A stretch of 31,369 nucleotides of DNA from Candidatus Altimarinota bacterium (GTDB lineage Bacteria; Patescibacteriota; Gracilibacteria; UBA4473), in the NCBI GenBank assembly GCA_018401175.1, contig JAGYLK010000048.1, forward strand, positions 1-31,369, in the 5' to 3' direction. This document shows positions 15,997 to 24,144 of the stretch, piece after piece (the first letter of the stretch is position 1; every line of letters begins with the position of its first letter). The notes beneath the pieces were generated by a model. That model had not been told where the DNA came from, searched no databases, and saw nothing but the letters and a program-made list of their open reading frames with translations. The translations under genes were made by a program, and so were the position numbers.

Positions 15997-17162
15997 TATT
16001 TCATCACCACTTTCACTCCGGGTAATTCTTTTCCTTCCAAAAATTCTAACATTGCTCCACCACCAGTAGAAACGTGGGTAAATTGTTCCGTACTGAATCC
16101 TAATGATTTTACTGCAGAAACAGTATCGCCTCCACCAAGGATAGAAATGGCTTCTGCATTTTTGGCAATAGATTCGGCAATGGCTTTTGTTCCAGTATCG
16201 AATGGTTTTTTTTCAAAAAATCCAACTGGTCCGTTCCAAATAAGCGTGTGGCTGTGTGTAATAATTTCACAAAAACTCGCTATTGAACGTGGTCCCATAT
16301 CAAATATTTTCATATCTCCGCTCACATCTTCTACAGGAACATAGAGAGAATCTCCATCTGGATCACTCGCAACCTGTACATCTACCGGGAGATGAAGTCC
16401 GGTTTTGTATTCTTCTGCAATTTCTAGTACCTCGCGGGCAGTTTCAACTTCAGATTCTTCAAATAAACTTTCTCCCACATCATATCCACTAGCCACAAGG
16501 AATGTATTGGCAAGGGCACCACCAACAATTATATTTTCTGCCGTCTTTGCAAAATGTTTGAGAACAGCGACTTTCGTTTCCATTTTTGCTCCCCCTACAA
16601 TAACCGTAAGTCCTGATATTTTTGTTTGAGAGAGAAACGGTTCCAAATATTTAATTTCAGATTCGAGAAGCCTTCCGGCACATGTTTCTACTCCGACTTC
16701 AGTAAGTCCTACTACTGAGGCATGCGCACGATGCGCCACAGAAAAACCATCTAACACGAAGAGTTCCGCCCCTAACCCATCACGAATTTGTTGCGCAAAA
16801 TTGAGGTCATTCGTTTTTTCTCCTTTCCAAAATCGTGTGTTTTCGTGAAGCTGTACTCGTTCATTTCCAGCGGTAAAATCGGACCGAAAATAGACCTGTT
16901 CGCCGAGTAATTTCTCAATGGCAGGAACAAGAACTTTGGTAGAAAGTTCAGGAACAATTTCTCCTTTTGGTCGTCCCATATGAGTGAGTATATGAACTCG
17001 TTTTGCGCCGTTTTGTACCAAGAATTGAAGTGTTGGCATAGCGAGGAGTATTCGACTATCTTCGACTATTTTTCCATCTTTGAGAGGAACATTGAAATCC
17101 GTTCGTACCACAACAACCTTGTTTTTTACGAGCTCTGGGGTCAGGGGTTTGAGAGAGAGCAT
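15984..17162 (-). CDS. pgk: Phosphoglycerate kinase
   Basis: VRTDFNVP, THMGRP, LHENTRF, AHRAHAS, GGAKME, GGALAN, WNGPVGFFE, GGGDT, HVSTGGGAMLEFLEG; start ATG 17162. Confidence 0.97.
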   Translation of the reverse strand: MLSLKPLTPELVKNKVVVVRTDFNVPLKDGKIVEDSRILLAMPTLQFLVQNGAKRVHILTHMGRPKGEIVPELSTKVLVPAIEKLLGEQVYFRSDFTAGNERVQLHENTRFWKGEKTNDLNFAQQIRDGLGAELFVLDGFSVAHRAHASVVGLTEVGVETCAGRLLESEIKYLEPFLSQTKISGLTVIVGGAKMETKVAVLKHFAKTAENIIVGGALANTFLVASGYDVGESLFEESEVETAREVLEIAEEYKTGLHLPVDVQVASDPDGDSLYVPVEDVSGDMKIFDMGPRSIASFCEIITHSHTLIWNGPVGFFEKKPFDTGTKAIAESIAKNAEAISILGGGDTVSAVKSLGFSTEQFTHVSTGGGAMLEFLEGKELPGVKVVMKYVTS

Positions 17163-17316
17163 TTTTTTGGGAAAAGAAATTTCATCCGAATTGTCAGGGA
17201 ATTTTTCTCTGCTATCAAATTTTTTTCGCACGAAAAAGAAGAAAGCTGTCATTCAGGGGAGAGAAACCATTTTGAAGCTCAAAAGGAAAAAAGCGGAAAA
17301 ATCCTAAAATTTAAAA

Positions 17317-17345
17317 TTAAAAGTGATGGAGTTTTAAGCTATAAT
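17317..17345 (+). promoter_or_regulatory. gatB promoter (probably leaderless transcript)
   Basis: TTAAAA-N17-TATAAT, 7 nt before ATG 17353. Confidence 0.6.
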
Positions 17346-17352
17346 CTTCGCG

Positions 17353-18768
17353 ATGAAATTAGAAGTAATTATTGGTCTCGAGATTCATGCGCAGCTAGCA
17401 ACGGCTTCAAAACTCTGGTGTGGGTGTGATAATGATGCTTTTGGGGCAAAGCCAAACACAAGAATTTGTCCTGTTTGTTGTGGATTTCCGGGGATGTTGC
17501 CAGTATTGAATAAAGAAGCTTTACGCTTGGCAATGCGTGCGTCAGTAGCATTGGGATGTGAAATTCAATCGTTTTCAAAATTTGATCGTAAAAATTATTT
17601 TTATCCGGATCTCCCAAATGGATATCAGATTTCTCAATACGATAAGCCGTTGGCTTTGGCAGGAAAAGTGGAAATTATTCATAACGGACATCACAAAAAA
17701 ATAGGCATTACTCGTGTTCATTTAGAAAACGATGCGGGGAAATCCATTCATAATGAGCAAGGGACGTGTTTAGATTTTAATCGCTCGGGGTCGCCCTTGA
17801 TAGAAATTGTTACCGAACCAGAACTTCGTTCGCCAGAAGAAGCAAGTATTTTTGCGCAAGAATTACAAAAAATTATTCGTGCGGTGGGAGCGTCAGATGC
17901 GGATATGGAAAAAGGAATGATGCGATTTGATGCTTCTATTTCATTACGTCCGGAGGGAGATACCAGTCTCTATCCTCGTGCTGAAATTAAAAATTTGAAT
18001 ACATTTTCGGGATTAGAAAAAGCATTAACATTTGAAATACAGCGACAAACAGCACTTTGGAAAAAAAATGAACGTCCGGAAAAAGAGACAACGCGAGGAT
18101 TTGACGAATCAACCGGCAAAACAAAACTTATGAGGCAGAAAGAATCGGCCGATGATTATCGTTATTTTCCAGAGCCAGATGTTCCGCCGCTTCGTTTTAC
18201 TGAGAAAGAAAGAGATGAAATGGTGGGAGAATTGCCAGAGTTGCCTCTTGAAAAATATATGCGCTATAAGAATGAATTAGATCTTTCTGATGCGGAAGCA
18301 TTACGTTTGTCAGAAGAACCGAGGTTAGCTGATTTTTTTGAATCAGCTCTCAAGGAATCGAAACATACTCGAAAAATAGCGAATCTTCTTCTTTCTGTTG
18401 TATTAGCTCATTCTGATTGGGAAAAAACGGAAATTAAACCTTCACATTTGGCGGAGGTAGTTGCATTATTAGAATCGGGAACCGTTTCGTCTACGGGAGC
18501 AAAGCAGATTTTGGAAACGATATTAGAATCAGGCGGAGAAGTAAAAGAGGTGCTGCACACATTGGGATTAGAACAGGTTTCAGATACAAAACAATTAGAG
18601 GAGTGGATAGATGTTGTGTTGGAAGAAAATGAGGGAATGGTTGCTCAGTTTCATGCAGGAAAAGAAAAGGTACTCGGATCTTTGATTGGACAAGTGATGA
18701 AGCGGTCAGGCGGAAGTGCGAATCCGCCAATGGTACAGCAGATATTAAAAGATCGATTGAAAAAATAA
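17353..18768 (+). CDS. gatB: Asp/Glu-tRNA amidotransferase subunit B
   Basis: VIIGLEIHAQL, FDRKNYFYPDLP, HLENDAGK, DFNRSGSPLIEIVTEP, EIKNLN, DYRYFPEPD, GQVMKRSGGSANP. Confidence 0.98.
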   Translation: MKLEVIIGLEIHAQLATASKLWCGCDNDAFGAKPNTRICPVCCGFPGMLPVLNKEALRLAMRASVALGCEIQSFSKFDRKNYFYPDLPNGYQISQYDKPLALAGKVEIIHNGHHKKIGITRVHLENDAGKSIHNEQGTCLDFNRSGSPLIEIVTEPELRSPEEASIFAQELQKIIRAVGASDADMEKGMMRFDASISLRPEGDTSLYPRAEIKNLNTFSGLEKALTFEIQRQTALWKKNERPEKETTRGFDESTGKTKLMRQKESADDYRYFPEPDVPPLRFTEKERDEMVGELPELPLEKYMRYKNELDLSDAEALRLSEEPRLADFFESALKESKHTRKIANLLLSVVLAHSDWEKTEIKPSHLAEVVALLESGTVSSTGAKQILETILESGGEVKEVLHTLGLEQVSDTKQLEEWIDVVLEENEGMVAQFHAGKEKVLGSLIGQVMKRSGGSANPPMVQQILKDRLKK

Positions 18769-18775
18769 GAAAAAT

Positions 18776-18804
18776 TTGATAAAATATCCAGAGCGATGTA
18801 CAAC
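18776..18804 (+). promoter_or_regulatory. Promoter of the membrane protein / metallophosphoesterase pair
   Basis: TTGATA-N17 (ending TG)-TACAAC. Confidence 0.5.
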
Positions 18805-18829
18805 TGTCTTCGCATTCACACACATACAA

Positions 18830-19078
18830 ATGTTTTTCCTTGAATACGCCAACGAACTCATGCAACTCGCTTTTGGAGTTGGATTTTTAGTTTTGGTAAT
18901 CTACGTTGTTCGTCCTCTTATCCGTATTAATCGACTTTTAACAAAAATTGATCATTTGGCAGATAAGATAGAAGACCTTACGGATCTTTTTGATGAATAT
19001 ATTCGGAAGCCAGCACAAATTATGTCGCAGGTATTAAAATTCGCATCGCCGTTTCTCTTCCGTCGTGGGAGGAAATGA
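18830..19078 (+). CDS. Small single-TM protein with coiled-coil tail (DUF948/YoxC-like)
   Basis: One TM (LAFGVGFLVLVIYVV) then an amphipathic helix; ATGA overlap with the next gene. Confidence 0.65.
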   Translation: MFFLEYANELMQLAFGVGFLVLVIYVVRPLIRINRLLTKIDHLADKIEDLTDLFDEYIRKPAQIMSQVLKFASPFLFRRGRK

Positions 19079-19989
19079 AGCATATTCCGTGGCCGGTTTT
19101 TGTCTCTGAGATTCTTTTTTGGAGTATTCTCTTTCTTATTCCAGTTTTTCTTTTTATAGAAGACACATCCTTGGAATTACGAGCGTTCTTGCTTTTTTGT
19201 TGGGGAATGTGGTTTTGGATTCATGTGATAGCGCCTCGATTATTAATCACGCGACATCTTTCTTTGCCAAAAATCGCAAACCATTCTCTAAAAATAGCAC
19301 TCATTTCAGATCTTCATGCAGGACCATTTAAAGGAGCACGTTATTTTCGACGCGTTGTGAGACGTATTAATAAAGAGCAACCGGATATTGTTTTGATTCC
19401 TGGAGATTTTTTACTCGGAACGGCAGAGAAATTTGTACATAAATTGCTTCCGTTAAAAGGTATTGAAGCACCGACATTTTTTACATTGGGAAACCATGAT
19501 CATTGGTTACATAACCCCGGTGTCACAGAGGCGGGGAGTGAGTTATTGCGAAAAAAATTGAAGTCGTGGGGATTGAGAGAATTACAGAATGAATCTCTTG
19601 AGTGGAAGCCGGGGTTATGGCTTGTGGGAATAGATGATAACTTTCATGGGTTTGATGATTTAGAGAAAGCTTTTGAAAATGTCCCCATAAGAGAAAATTC
19701 CATATTATTAGCCCACTCGCCAGATATTGTTGAAAAATTAGAAACCCAACTTCCTTTTCCAGGGCTTACGGTCTGTGGTCACACGCACGGAGGGCAAATG
19801 GCTATTCCGTGGCTCGTGAAGCATGTTCCAGAAATGATAGGGAATATTGTACGGAAAGAATTTCTCTGGGGATGGTTTGCCAATGAGCGTATGTTTGTAA
19901 CGATGGGACTCGGCGAATCTGCTTCTCGTGCGCGATGGTGGGTGTGTCCTGAGATTGCGATATTGGATTGTAAAGAAGAAATCTCTTGA
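19075..19989 (+). CDS. Membrane-anchored calcineurin-like metallophosphoesterase (YkuE-like)
   Basis: ISDLH, PGDF, LGNHD, AHSP, GHTHGGQ motifs; two N-terminal TM segments. Confidence 0.92.
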   Translation: MKHIPWPVFVSEILFWSILFLIPVFLFIEDTSLELRAFLLFCWGMWFWIHVIAPRLLITRHLSLPKIANHSLKIALISDLHAGPFKGARYFRRVVRRINKEQPDIVLIPGDFLLGTAEKFVHKLLPLKGIEAPTFFTLGNHDHWLHNPGVTEAGSELLRKKLKSWGLRELQNESLEWKPGLWLVGIDDNFHGFDDLEKAFENVPIRENSILLAHSPDIVEKLETQLPFPGLTVCGHTHGGQMAIPWLVKHVPEMIGNIVRKEFLWGWFANERMFVTMGLGESASRARWWVCPEIAILDCKEEIS

Positions 19990-20027
19990 CTTTGTCATGA
20001 CGTTGGTGATACAAATCCAGCGTATCA
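19986..20027 (+). promoter_or_regulatory. Promoter with inverted-repeat operator upstream of the RelB/DinJ-like gene
   Basis: TTGACT-N18-TACAAA; palindrome GTCATGAC (19994-20001); TGATAC-N9-GTATCA (20007-20027) over the -10 box. Confidence 0.5.
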
Positions 20028-20047
20028 TTCTTCTTTATAAAAATAAA

Positions 20048-20275
20048 ATGGCACATATTCAGATTCGTATTCCAGCAGCAGAAAAAGAAGCCGCGGGAGA
20101 AGTGTTGGAGAATATGGGATTAAATTTTTCATCGGCAATAAAAATTTTTCTTCGTCGCACGGTGCAAGAGGGGAAACTTCCATTTGATGTAGTTGCAGAT
20201 ATAAAGCCAAAAATTCGTTTTGAAAATTCACTCGAACAACCATGTCCCACTTTCTCGCAGCGCAAGATTGGTTAA
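20048..20275 (+). CDS. RelB/DinJ-family ribbon-helix-helix antitoxin-like protein, no adjacent toxin
   Basis: IQIRIPAAEKEAAGEVLENMGLNFSSAIKIFLRRTVQEGKLPF matches the RelB/DinJ pattern. Confidence 0.8.
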   Translation: MAHIQIRIPAAEKEAAGEVLENMGLNFSSAIKIFLRRTVQEGKLPFDVVADIKPKIRFENSLEQPCPTFSQRKIG

Positions 20276-21432
20276 AACAACTCGCGAGTGAGGCTCAGTT
20301 TTTTCGTACGAACAGACCGCCTTCTTTAGAAGTGACGAATGCTCTTTTGGACGCGCTAAACCGCCCAGATAAATCGTTTTTCTGGCGTATTATTGTCGGA
20401 GGAACTGCAGGAAAGGGGACAACATGTCGTCTTGTGGAAGATGTCTTATTACGTTCCGGGAAAACTGTAGCAACGCTTTCGTCACCTCATATTCAGGTGA
20501 TTACTGAGCGGATTCGTATCAATGGGAAACTCATTTCTATGGAAGATTTTGGGAAATCCATTTTGAAAATAAAAGAAGTTTCTGAAAAAATTTCTCAAAA
20601 GCCAACCTACTATGAAGCAATTGTGTGTGCTGGGATTTGGGCGGCGCGAGAAGCGAGATGTGAAATTTTGATTGGGGAAATTGGACTGGGGGGACGACTC
20701 GATGCGGTGAATGCGATTCGAGGAAAACGGATTGCCGCAGTGACCTTTATTGGAGATGATCATTTGGAAAAATTCGGTGGAAAATTGGAGAATTTGGCGC
20801 GAGAAAAAGCGGGGATTTTTACGAAAGATGCCGTCGAATCGTTATCTTATGAGCAAAAATTTAGATCAATATTTGAAAAAGTTTCTGGTAAAAAAATACT
20901 CTTCTTAAAAGGAGTATGGAAAAATTTGAACAAGAAACTTGCTCGTAATATTTGTGAAATAGTTTTGGAAACGAGTAACTTTGTAATGGAAAAAATACCA
21001 TTGCCGTGTCGTTGGGAAATAATTTCTTTTAGAGAGGGCAATGGAGCATGCTCCATTGTCTTAGATGGAGCTCACTCGGCACCTCGTTTTGAAAATATTT
21101 TACCAAAAATCAAAAAAATTCAGGGGAAAAGGATTGGCATTTTAGGACTCGGGAAAAATCATAATCCTGAGATTTTCAAAATCATTGCTGATGAGTTTGA
21201 CGAAATATTTTGGGTCAAGATTCCGGAGTCTCGTGATGCCTGGGATCCTCAAATTTTGAAAGAAAAGATGGGACGAGGAATTGTTTGTATTGATGCAAAA
21301 AGTGCGCTTAAACAGGCGAGTGAATTAGGAGGAACAATCTTGGTAAATAGTTTTTTTCTCGGGGGAGAAGTGAGAAATTTATTGTATGATCCACAAAAAA
21401 TATTGGAGCAACAGACGGAGTTTCCTCAGTAG
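20242..21432 (+). CDS. folC: Folylpolyglutamate/dihydrofolate synthase-like protein
   Basis: VGGTAGKGTT, SSPH..ERIRING, TYYEA, EIGLGGRLDAVN, IGDDH..LAREKAGIF, LDGAHS. Confidence 0.88.
   Translation: MSHFLAAQDWLKQLASEAQFFRTNRPPSLEVTNALLDALNRPDKSFFWRIIVGGTAGKGTTCRLVEDVLLRSGKTVATLSSPHIQVITERIRINGKLISMEDFGKSILKIKEVSEKISQKPTYYEAIVCAGIWAAREARCEILIGEIGLGGRLDAVNAIRGKRIAAVTFIGDDHLEKFGGKLENLAREKAGIFTKDAVESLSYEQKFRSIFEKVSGKKILFLKGVWKNLNKKLARNICEIVLETSNFVMEKIPLPCRWEIISFREGNGACSIVLDGAHSAPRFENILPKIKKIQGKRIGILGLGKNHNPEIFKIIADEFDEIFWVKIPESRDAWDPQILKEKMGRGIVCIDAKSALKQASELGGTILVNSFFLGGEVRNLLYDPQKILEQQTEFPQ
21037..21060. repeat. 24-bp palindrome (REP-like) in frame within folC
   Basis: GGCAATGGAGCATGCTCCATTGTC = codons G N G A C S I V. 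Confidence 0.75.
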
Positions 21433-21893
21433 CCAATATCCATCGCCTCATTTGCCAATTGATCAGCGCGTTTATTCTTTTCTCGAGGAACGTGTTCAAA
21501 TGTAATCGTGTTGAATTTTTCCTTCAAATTGTACGCTTTTTCAAACAATGGTTTAATGTTCGCATTTTTAACCTTCCAATGTCCAGACATCTGTTCTATA
21601 GCCAACTTTGAATCCAAACGCACAAGAAGGTCACTTACATTGTTCTCAAGCGCTAATTCCATTCCACGAATCATGCCGGTGTATTCGGCAAAGTTATTGG
21701 TCTGGTGACCACACGGAATTCGATCGCAGGCAATTTCTTTTCCCTGTGTATCAAAAAGAGCACATCCGGCGCCAGCAATTCCCGGGTTTCCACGCGAACC
21801 ACCGTCAGCGTAGATGATGGCTTTTTTTGTATTTTGGGTAAGGGAGCATGCTCCCTTGTCTTCGGTATTATTAAAAAGGTTTGGTGGTTCCAT
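21426..21893 (-). CDS. rnhA: Ribonuclease HI (archaeal/actinobacterial-like subtype) with an N-terminal extension
   Basis: YADGGSRGNPGIAGAG, TNNFAEY, RLDSKLAIEQMSG.WKVK, HVPREKNKRADQLANEAMD. Confidence 0.93.
   Translation of the reverse strand: MEPPNLFNNTEDKGACSLTQNTKKAIIYADGGSRGNPGIAGAGCALFDTQGKEIACDRIPCGHQTNNFAEYTGMIRGMELALENNVSDLLVRLDSKLAIEQMSGHWKVKNANIKPLFEKAYNLKEKFNTITFEHVPREKNKRADQLANEAMDIGY
21837..21860. repeat. 24-bp palindrome (REP-like) in frame within the rnhA N-terminal extension
   Basis: GGTAAGGGAGCATGCTCCCTTGTC; minus-strand codons D K G A C S L T. Confidence 0.75.
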
Positions 21894-22395
21894 AGATTAT
21901 TTGGTTAAGCTTTGAAGATTTTGGAAGTCCGTGTTTTTCTCTATTGTGTATGATGTATTGAAATGTTTGGTGAAGTGGTTTTTCGGTAGTGATAAGTTTT
22001 CGGTTGAATTTTTGTGCCCAGAGAGATGTTTTTGGGGCAAGGGGTTTAAACCCCTTGTCTTGCCTCCATATATTAAATTTTCTCGCAGAAATACCTTTTA
22101 TCTGTTGTACAATTTTCGTCAGTTCCTCTTCCTCACACGCTAAAATCATATGTACATGATCTCCACATATATGAAAGGAAAAAACAATAAATCCTTTTTT
22201 TTGCACGATATTTCCTATTATCTCAGTAAGCTTTTGTTCCTCAAGAGAAGAAAGCCATGAATGTTTTTTATTTTGTATTTGCAATTCTTCCATTCGTGCT
22301 GACTGCCGACAATCATGCAGGACACAGGTAACGTGAAATATACGCATATTTTCATTCAAAAATACATCAGGACTATAGTTTGTTATAAAATTCAT
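21871..22395 (-). mobile_element. Y1 HUH tyrosine transposase (RAYT/IS200-like TnpA), no tnpB
   Basis: HUH motif CGDHVHMIL, IVQQIKGISARKFN, LWAQKF, catalytic-Tyr helix FQYIIHNREKHGL; alternative start ATG 22347. Confidence 0.85.
22036..22059. repeat. 24-bp palindrome (REP-like) in frame within the transposase gene
   Basis: GGCAAGGGGTTTAAACCCCTTGTC; minus-strand codons D K G F K P L A. Confidence 0.75.
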
Positions 22396-24086
22396 TTTCG
22401 GAAAAAGGAAACGAGTTTCTCTAATGGGATATTTTGTGTTTTTCCATCTTTCCGTGCCACAACCTCGGCAGTATCTGCTTCAAGATTTCTTTCAGAAAGA
22501 ACAACGCGATAGGGGATTCCGAGAAGTTCAGCGTCAGAAAATTTTGTTCCGGGACCAGTTTTTTTGTCTCGTCGATCATCGTATAGGACATCTATTCCGG
22601 CATCTTGTAATTCCTTGTAAAGGGCGTCCGCCTTCTCAAATACGCGATCATCTCGTCCAATAGGAGCGAGGTAGACTTTTGCGGGAGCGACATTTTCTGG
22701 CCAGACAAGTCCTTTTTCGTCAGCAAATATCTCAGCTAAGGCTCCCATCGTGCGAGAGATTCCGATTCCGTAGCAGCCCATGATGATATCTTTTCCTTCG
22801 GAATGAAAGCTGAAGGCTTTTGAAAATTTATGAGACAAAGGAAATATATTTCCGACTTCAATTGCTTTGTATGTTTCATATTGTTCTCCCGTTTCCGGAT
22901 AAAAGTCTCCCGCTTGTGCAACCTTTATATCATAAAAATGTGCGGGTTTCTCAATGTCACGTCCAAAGTTAATGTTTATGGTATGATAATTTTCTTTGTT
23001 TGCTCCCATCTCGAAATTTACCCGATCCTGACACGTTTCATCCCAAAAGACTTGTACTTCTTTTGGCAAGTGTAACACTCCAGCATATCCCACGGGTGAT
23101 CCGGTTACGTTCTTGACAGTTTCTTCTGAGGCGAGTTCAAGGGATTTACATCCGACAAGTTTTCGTAATTTTCGTGTATCGATTTCACGATTTCCTCGTA
23201 CAGCTGCAGCAATTACGGCTTTCTTTTCTGTTTCGAATAAAATAGTTTTTGTTGTTTTTTCTACCGGAATATTGAGAAATTTGGAAAGTTCCTCAACTCC
23301 GATAATGCCTTTTCCCAAAACTTCTTCCATTTCTGCTATGGGTTCTTCTTCATTGTTCCAGCGTTCTGCGACACAAGGAGTAATTTCTCTATTTAAATAT
23401 CGGTCTTCACTTTTTATATAAAATAATTCGTCTTCTCCGATAGGCGAAAGGGTTTGAAATTCGTGAGAAAATTCAGAAAAAGCCCCTCCATCGGCCGCGA
23501 CAAATTTTGTGATATCTCCAATTCCAAGTCGTTTATAAATCTTATGATACGCTTGTTTCATTACGTCATAATATTTCTCGAAATCTTCTTGAGATGTATG
23601 AAACGAATATGCATCTTTCATCAAGAATTCTCTTCCTCTCAAAAGTCCGGATTTAGCTCGTGGTTCATTACGAAATTTATTTTGAATCTGGAATACGCAC
23701 TTTGGAAAATCTTTTGGAGAATTTGCAAATGTTTGTACGAGAGGGGTCACGACCTCTTCATGTGTGGGATTGAGCGCGATTTCTCGACCGCCAGAGAGTT
23801 CCATTTTAAACAATACGTCGACTTCATCCCATCTTCCGGTTCGTTCCCAATTGGTTTTTGCTGAAAGGGCAGGCATCAGAATCTCACTTGCGCCGACAGC
23901 TTCCATTTCTTCTCGCACGATATCTTCAATCTTGCGCAATACCTTTAGCCCAAGAGGTAAATAAGAATATACCCCCGCCATTTCTTTATTAATGAATCCT
24001 CCACGAATGAGTAATTCAGCATTTCGAGAATTTTCATCAGTGGGAGATTCCTTTGATGTTTTGAGTAAGATATTGGAATATTTCAT
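22392..24086 (-). CDS. proS: Prolyl-tRNA synthetase with INS editing domain
   Basis: LLIRGGFI..AGVYSYLPLG, PTHEE, QIQNKFRNEPRAKSGLLRGREFLMKDAYSF, EVGNIFPL, MGCYGIGISR, DAELLGIP. Confidence 0.97.
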   Translation of the reverse strand: MKYSNILLKTSKESPTDENSRNAELLIRGGFINKEMAGVYSYLPLGLKVLRKIEDIVREEMEAVGASEILMPALSAKTNWERTGRWDEVDVLFKMELSGGREIALNPTHEEVVTPLVQTFANSPKDFPKCVFQIQNKFRNEPRAKSGLLRGREFLMKDAYSFHTSQEDFEKYYDVMKQAYHKIYKRLGIGDITKFVAADGGAFSEFSHEFQTLSPIGEDELFYIKSEDRYLNREITPCVAERWNNEEEPIAEMEEVLGKGIIGVEELSKFLNIPVEKTTKTILFETEKKAVIAAAVRGNREIDTRKLRKLVGCKSLELASEETVKNVTGSPVGYAGVLHLPKEVQVFWDETCQDRVNFEMGANKENYHTININFGRDIEKPAHFYDIKVAQAGDFYPETGEQYETYKAIEVGNIFPLSHKFSKAFSFHSEGKDIIMGCYGIGISRTMGALAEIFADEKGLVWPENVAPAKVYLAPIGRDDRVFEKADALYKELQDAGIDVLYDDRRDKKTGPGTKFSDAELLGIPYRVVLSERNLEADTAEVVARKDGKTQNIPLEKLVSFFRK

Positions 24087-24111
24087 TTATTATGTGCAAT
24101 GAATCGACAGA

Positions 24112-24140
24112 ATTCTACTGCGCAATACCCGATTTACCAA
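24112..24140 (-). promoter_or_regulatory. proS promoter
   Basis: TTGGTA-N17-TAGAAT on the minus strand. Confidence 0.55.
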
Positions 24141-24144
24141 ATTT

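Noticed and set aside
21871-22395. Autonomous IS200/IS605 element with TnpB/omegaRNA
   Set aside because: No tnpB/iscB ORF and no non-coding room for element ends or a guide RNA; both ends overlap housekeeping genes.
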